Source: an uncultured Gammaproteobacteria bacterium (GTDB lineage Bacteria > Patescibacteriota > Patescibacteriia > 2-12-FULL-60-25). Taken from it: a stretch of 64,000 nucleotides of DNA. Location of the stretch: contig CAZXZS010000001.1 in NCBI GenBank assembly GCA_964645655.1, positions 478,021 through 542,020 of the forward strand, given 5' to 3'. The notes beneath the pieces are model-generated. The model ran no database searches and was not told the origin of the DNA. It saw only the letters and a program-made list of their open reading frames with translations. The translations under genes were made by a program, and so were the position numbers. Shown here one piece after another: positions 60,714 through 64,000 of this stretch; positions within the stretch are counted from its first letter, which is position 1; each line of letters opens with the position of its first letter.

Positions 60714-61682
60714 TCATGGGTGGCTGTCAAGCTTCGCCTTGTTTAGCAGGGTTTCCAGCTCTAAATAGTGTGAAATTCGCACTAAATCAGGCTTGAGGGC
60801 CTTTTCGGCGGGGGTGCCCTTGAAGTACCACGGGAGGTGCTTGCGGAGCTTCACGAGGCCGCGCTCGCCGTAGTGGTCGATCTGGAGGCGGGCGTGGGCG
60901 AGGACGGTCGAGATGCGCTCGTCCCAGGTAGGTTCGGCGAGGACCGTGCCGTCCTGCAGGAACGCCTCGACCCGCTTCGCGAACCAGGGGTTGCCGAGGA
61001 GCCCGCGGCCGATGAGGACCCCGTCGGCGCCGCTCTGCCTCATCGCGAGCTCGGCGCGTTCGGGGGTGGTGATGTCGCCGTTCACGAGGAAGGGGAGGTG
61101 GGGCACGTTGCGGCGGGCCTCGCCGACGCGGACCCAGTTCGCGGTGCCGCTATATCCCTGCTCGCGCGTGCGGCCGTGCATGGAGATGAGGTCGGCGCCG
61201 GCGTCGGCCACGACCTTCACGAAATCCAGGCAGTCGGTGTCGTCCTTCCAACCCAGGCGGGTCTTCACGCTCACGGGGACCTTCACCGCGGCCTTCATCG
61301 CCTTCACGATCGCGTGCGCGCGTTCCGGATCGCGGATGAGGGAGGCGCCGTTGAAGTTCGAGACGAGGTTATACACGGGGCAGCCCATGTTGATATCGAT
61401 GGCATCGGGGGCGAAGCGTTCCTCGATGATCCGGGCGGCCTCGGCCATGACGGCGGGGTTGCTGCCGAAGATCTGCTGCACGAGCGGACGTTCGCGCGCG
61501 TCGAAGGCCGCCATCTTCAGCGTCTTGGGGTTCAGGCGCACGATCGCCTCCGCCGAGACCATCTCACGGAACATCAGCGGGACGCCCCGCTCTTTGCAGA
61601 TGAGGCAAAACGGAAGATCGCTCATGTCAGCCATGGGCGCGAGGGCCACGATCGGGCGGGGGAGGGATTTCCAATCGAGCAT
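60714..61682 (-). CDS. dus: tRNA-dihydrouridine synthase
   Basis: LAPMADMSD, IDINMGCPV, SVKTRLGW, HGRTREQGYSG. ATG 61682 preferred over 61745. Confidence 0.85.
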   Translation of the reverse strand: MLDWKSLPRPIVALAPMADMSDLPFCLICKERGVPLMFREMVSAEAIVRLNPKTLKMAAFDARERPLVQQIFGSNPAVMAEAARIIEERFAPDAIDINMGCPVYNLVSNFNGASLIRDPERAHAIVKAMKAAVKVPVSVKTRLGWKDDTDCLDFVKVVADAGADLISMHGRTREQGYSGTANWVRVGEARRNVPHLPFLVNGDITTPERAELAMRQSGADGVLIGRGLLGNPWFAKRVEAFLQDGTVLAEPTWDERISTVLAHARLQIDHYGERGLVKLRKHLPWYFKGTPAEKALKPDLVRISHYLELETLLNKAKLDSHP

Positions 61683-61916
61683 GCTGGGGAGGGTAGCGCC
61701 GGCCGGAATTTTTGTCGAGGGTAAAGGCAAATACAGGAATAACATACCTGTATTTTTTGTTGTATTTACAAATGAGGCTCGGACCAGGCGGGTCTGGCGA
61801 GGCCGCCATGCCAGCGCCTTGCGGATCCTGGCAAGGAGGGGGGGCGACCAATGAAGCCGTTGCGTTGCGACCCATGAGCATGCCGCGCATCGGGGCGTGT
61901 GACGGGCGCTTCGGGA

Positions 61917-61938
61917 TCAAAAAACCGCCCGGGGGCGG
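61917..61938 (-). terminator. intrinsic terminator after 61954-62778
   Basis: CCGCC / GGCGG stem. T6 on minus. Confidence 0.45.
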
Positions 61939-61953
61939 AAGGGAGGGGTGCGT

Positions 61954-62778
61954 TCAGTTCGGCGCACCCGGCGGCTTGTTGGCGTCCGAAGCCTGGATGT
62001 GCCAGCCCCCGAGGTTGAGGGCCTCACGGGCCTGGGCGGCGTCGAGCGCGTCGGCGTGGGCCGCGAGCCAGCGGACGATCTTGTCTTCGGCGGCGGACTC
62101 TTCCGCGTCCAAGGGGGGTAGGGAACCCTTGGTCGCGTTTCCTGATGGCTTGTGCCGCACCACGCGGAGCGCGATCCCCATCGAGAAAGAGGCGGGCAGG
62201 ACGACGTAGGCGCTCGTTCCGTCCATCCACCAGACGTGGGTTCCTTGCCGGAGGAGCAGCCGCCGCGCCTCCAAGGGCATGCGCACCCGGATGGGCCGCG
62301 CGTTGCGGATCTCGAGCTCCTTGAAGGCCCATGCGCACTGCCCCTTCCGGTCTTGCAGCGTCTGGCGCAGGACGATCCAGAAGGTCCCGGTCCGGTAGAA
62401 GACCTGCCGCAGGCGCTGCGCATGGTCGACGGTCACGTGGACGGTGCCCAGGGGGAACGCGGCCTCCAGGCTCGCCAGGTCTTCCTCATCCTGGCATTCC
62501 AGATCCGCGTAAGGGGGTGCCGGCTCGGTGCGGATGAGCCGTGGGGTCTCCGCGCCGATCCGGATCGCGATCCGTTGAAGGCTGATCGCCATGAGGTGCC
62601 GGTCGAGGTCCTCTTCCGTGATCTGGGTGACGGGATCCTCGGTGACGGCTGAAGGCGCCGCCTGGGGCGGGTCGGGGGATGCTTGCCCCTTGGGGCGTTG
62701 CGCACGGAAATGCCTGTGGCCCAGGATGAGCCCGAAGACGATGAGGAGGGTGCCGGCGATGCCGATGAGCGGGTGCAT
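61954..62778 (-). CDS. N-terminally anchored hypothetical protein, tandem family member
   Basis: ATG 62778 (MHPLIGIAGTLLIVFGLILG...). RTGTFWIVLRQT and KIVRWLAAH align with the neighbours. Confidence 0.55.
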   Translation of the reverse strand: MHPLIGIAGTLLIVFGLILGHRHFRAQRPKGQASPDPPQAAPSAVTEDPVTQITEEDLDRHLMAISLQRIAIRIGAETPRLIRTEPAPPYADLECQDEEDLASLEAAFPLGTVHVTVDHAQRLRQVFYRTGTFWIVLRQTLQDRKGQCAWAFKELEIRNARPIRVRMPLEARRLLLRQGTHVWWMDGTSAYVVLPASFSMGIALRVVRHKPSGNATKGSLPPLDAEESAAEDKIVRWLAAHADALDAAQAREALNLGGWHIQASDANKPPGAPN

Positions 62779-62972
62779 GCGCGTCCTTTCTGCTCGGAAG
62801 CCGGATCGAGGGTAGCGCGGTTCGCGTCGCATGTCAATCCGGTCCGGGAGAAGCCGTGCGAATTTTTTCTTCGGCGATGGACGGATTCCGTACGTGTGTC
62901 CGCTGTATTAAATACAATGTATTTGCGTGTATTTAGGTACGAGTTGCCGCCGCGTGTGCGCCATCCGCGCAT

Positions 62973-62998
62973 GAAAAAGACCCGCGTCAGGTCGGGTC
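62973..62998 (-). terminator. intrinsic terminator after 62997-63671
   Basis: GACCCG / CGGGTC stem. T-run on minus. Confidence 0.5.
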
Positions 62999-63671
62999 AG
63001 GTGGGAGACGGCTCCGTCGCGCACTCGTGCAGCCAGACGGCGAGGGCACGGGCATCGTGGACCTCACGCCAGCTGCCGGCGAGGGGCCAGCGCGTGAGGA
63101 GGCCGCCGTCGAGCCGCCAGTTGGAGCAGATCCCGAAGGTCTGGGCGGGCGTGGCCATCGTCCGGCTCGTGAAGCGGGCCGTGAGGGCGCCGACCGCTTC
63201 GATGTGTGGCACGACGGCCGGACGGCTGTCGCGGAGCTGGAGCAGGTATGGTCGCCAGCGGCCGGAGGGATCGGCCTCCTCGACGAGCAGGGCCCAGAGG
63301 GTCCCCGACCGCAGGGCGATCCGGCGCCGGAGGCCGTCGGCGTCGGTAGCGATCGCGACCGTCCTCTCGGGAAGCGCGTCCCGGATGGAGGCGTACCAGC
63401 CGTCCTCCACGTCCGTGAGCCATTCCTGAAAGGGAAGCGCGTCGAGGTGGCGGCGCTCCTTGACCGTCACTTCGCGGAACGAGGCGAGGAAGGCCGTTGG
63501 CGAGCGTGTCCGCTTGGCCGCGCGCATCACCTCTTCCGGAAAGAGGATGAAGGCCCGGGCGGCCGGCGAGAGGTCGAGGCGGAAGCGCCGCTCCTTGCGG
63601 ATGAAGTGCGCGCCGAGGCCCGTCAGGACCAGGCCGAGGGGGAGAAGGGTCGTGAGGGCGTCTTGGGACAT
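62997..63671 (-). CDS. N-terminally anchored hypothetical protein, tandem family member
   Basis: ATG 63671 (TM helix LTTLLPLGLVLTGLGAHF). RSGTLWALLVEE. C-terminal ARALAVWLHECATEPSPT. Confidence 0.55.
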   Translation of the reverse strand: MSQDALTTLLPLGLVLTGLGAHFIRKERRFRLDLSPAARAFILFPEEVMRAAKRTRSPTAFLASFREVTVKERRHLDALPFQEWLTDVEDGWYASIRDALPERTVAIATDADGLRRRIALRSGTLWALLVEEADPSGRWRPYLLQLRDSRPAVVPHIEAVGALTARFTSRTMATPAQTFGICSNWRLDGGLLTRWPLAGSWREVHDARALAVWLHECATEPSPT

Positions 63672-63934
63672 GGGGCCTCCTTCGTGGCCATCGGACGGGT
63701 ACCACGGAACGGGATCCTCGTCAAGGTTGGTTGGAAGAAAAAACGCTTGTTCGCGAGGCGGGTCCGGAGGCGTGCGGATTGCGGAGCGGGTGAAGCGCGA
63801 CGCGACGTCATGGGCCTGTCTCCGATGGGTGCCGCCCCCGTGATCCCGCGCGCCGAGCCGTCCGCCGATCTTCGCGACCGTCTCGCGGTCGCCGGCATCG
63901 GACGGGAGGCATGAAAAAACCCGCTGGTCGCGGA

Positions 63935-64000
63935 TCAGGCCGTCGTCCCCGTCGCACGCTCCCGAAGCCAGCGGACGATCCCGAGGACCGCGTCACGCTC
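63935..64000 (-). CDS. 3' end of a third family member, truncated by the window edge
   Basis: The minus frame from 64000 reads ERDAVLGIVRWLRERATGTTA then a stop. It has the same C-terminal VRWL-type motif and the same downstream CATGAAAAAA-hairpin context as 62997-63671. Confidence 0.35.
   Translation of the reverse strand, partial: ERDAVLGIVRWLRERATGTTA

Overview
High-GC bacterial chromosome fragment. One host line I hand-counted was about 70% G+C. Gene density is high and an unusual share of genes are orphans, so it probably comes from an uncultivated lineage.

Recognisable core genes:
- comF-like gene and two ABC exporter genes
- mraY-ftsW-murG, followed directly by polyprenyl synthase, crtB and crtI
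- lemA-like gene, gltX, an M23 peptidase, a dus gene and a TagA-like glycosyltransferase
- a translin-like gene and three tRNAs: Ser-UGA, Ser-GCU and Lys-UUU

Two visibly AT-rich islands sit at tRNA 3' ends (hand-counted lines about 32-45% G+C).
- Island I (about 14647-18290) lies after tRNA-Ser(GCU). It has no integrase and carries a translationally coupled MazG-like plus DUF2075 (nuclease-helicase-like) gene pair.
- Island II (41997-50628) is bounded by a 25-bp direct repeat of the tRNA-Lys 3' end and encodes an integrase and an excisionase. Its three-gene cargo operon (multi-TM protein, PD-(D/E)xK-like protein, 2TM-HEPN-like protein) is my best candidate for an undescribed defence-type system.

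The high-GC backbone is rich in paralog families, each gene built as a monocistronic unit (TTGAC-17-TAnnnT promoter, ORF, hairpin terminator):
- a 924-bp near-perfect tandem duplication giving two genes with identical N-terminal regions and different C-termini, one carrying EAD/death-like adaptor domains
- proteins with RNA polymerase alpha-CTD-like helix-hairpin-helix modules
- a cassette pair whose leader hairpin and 56-bp terminator are conserved while the coding regions have diverged

I saw no rRNA, CRISPR array or transposase. All homology calls come from motif recognition by eye and none was checked against a database.
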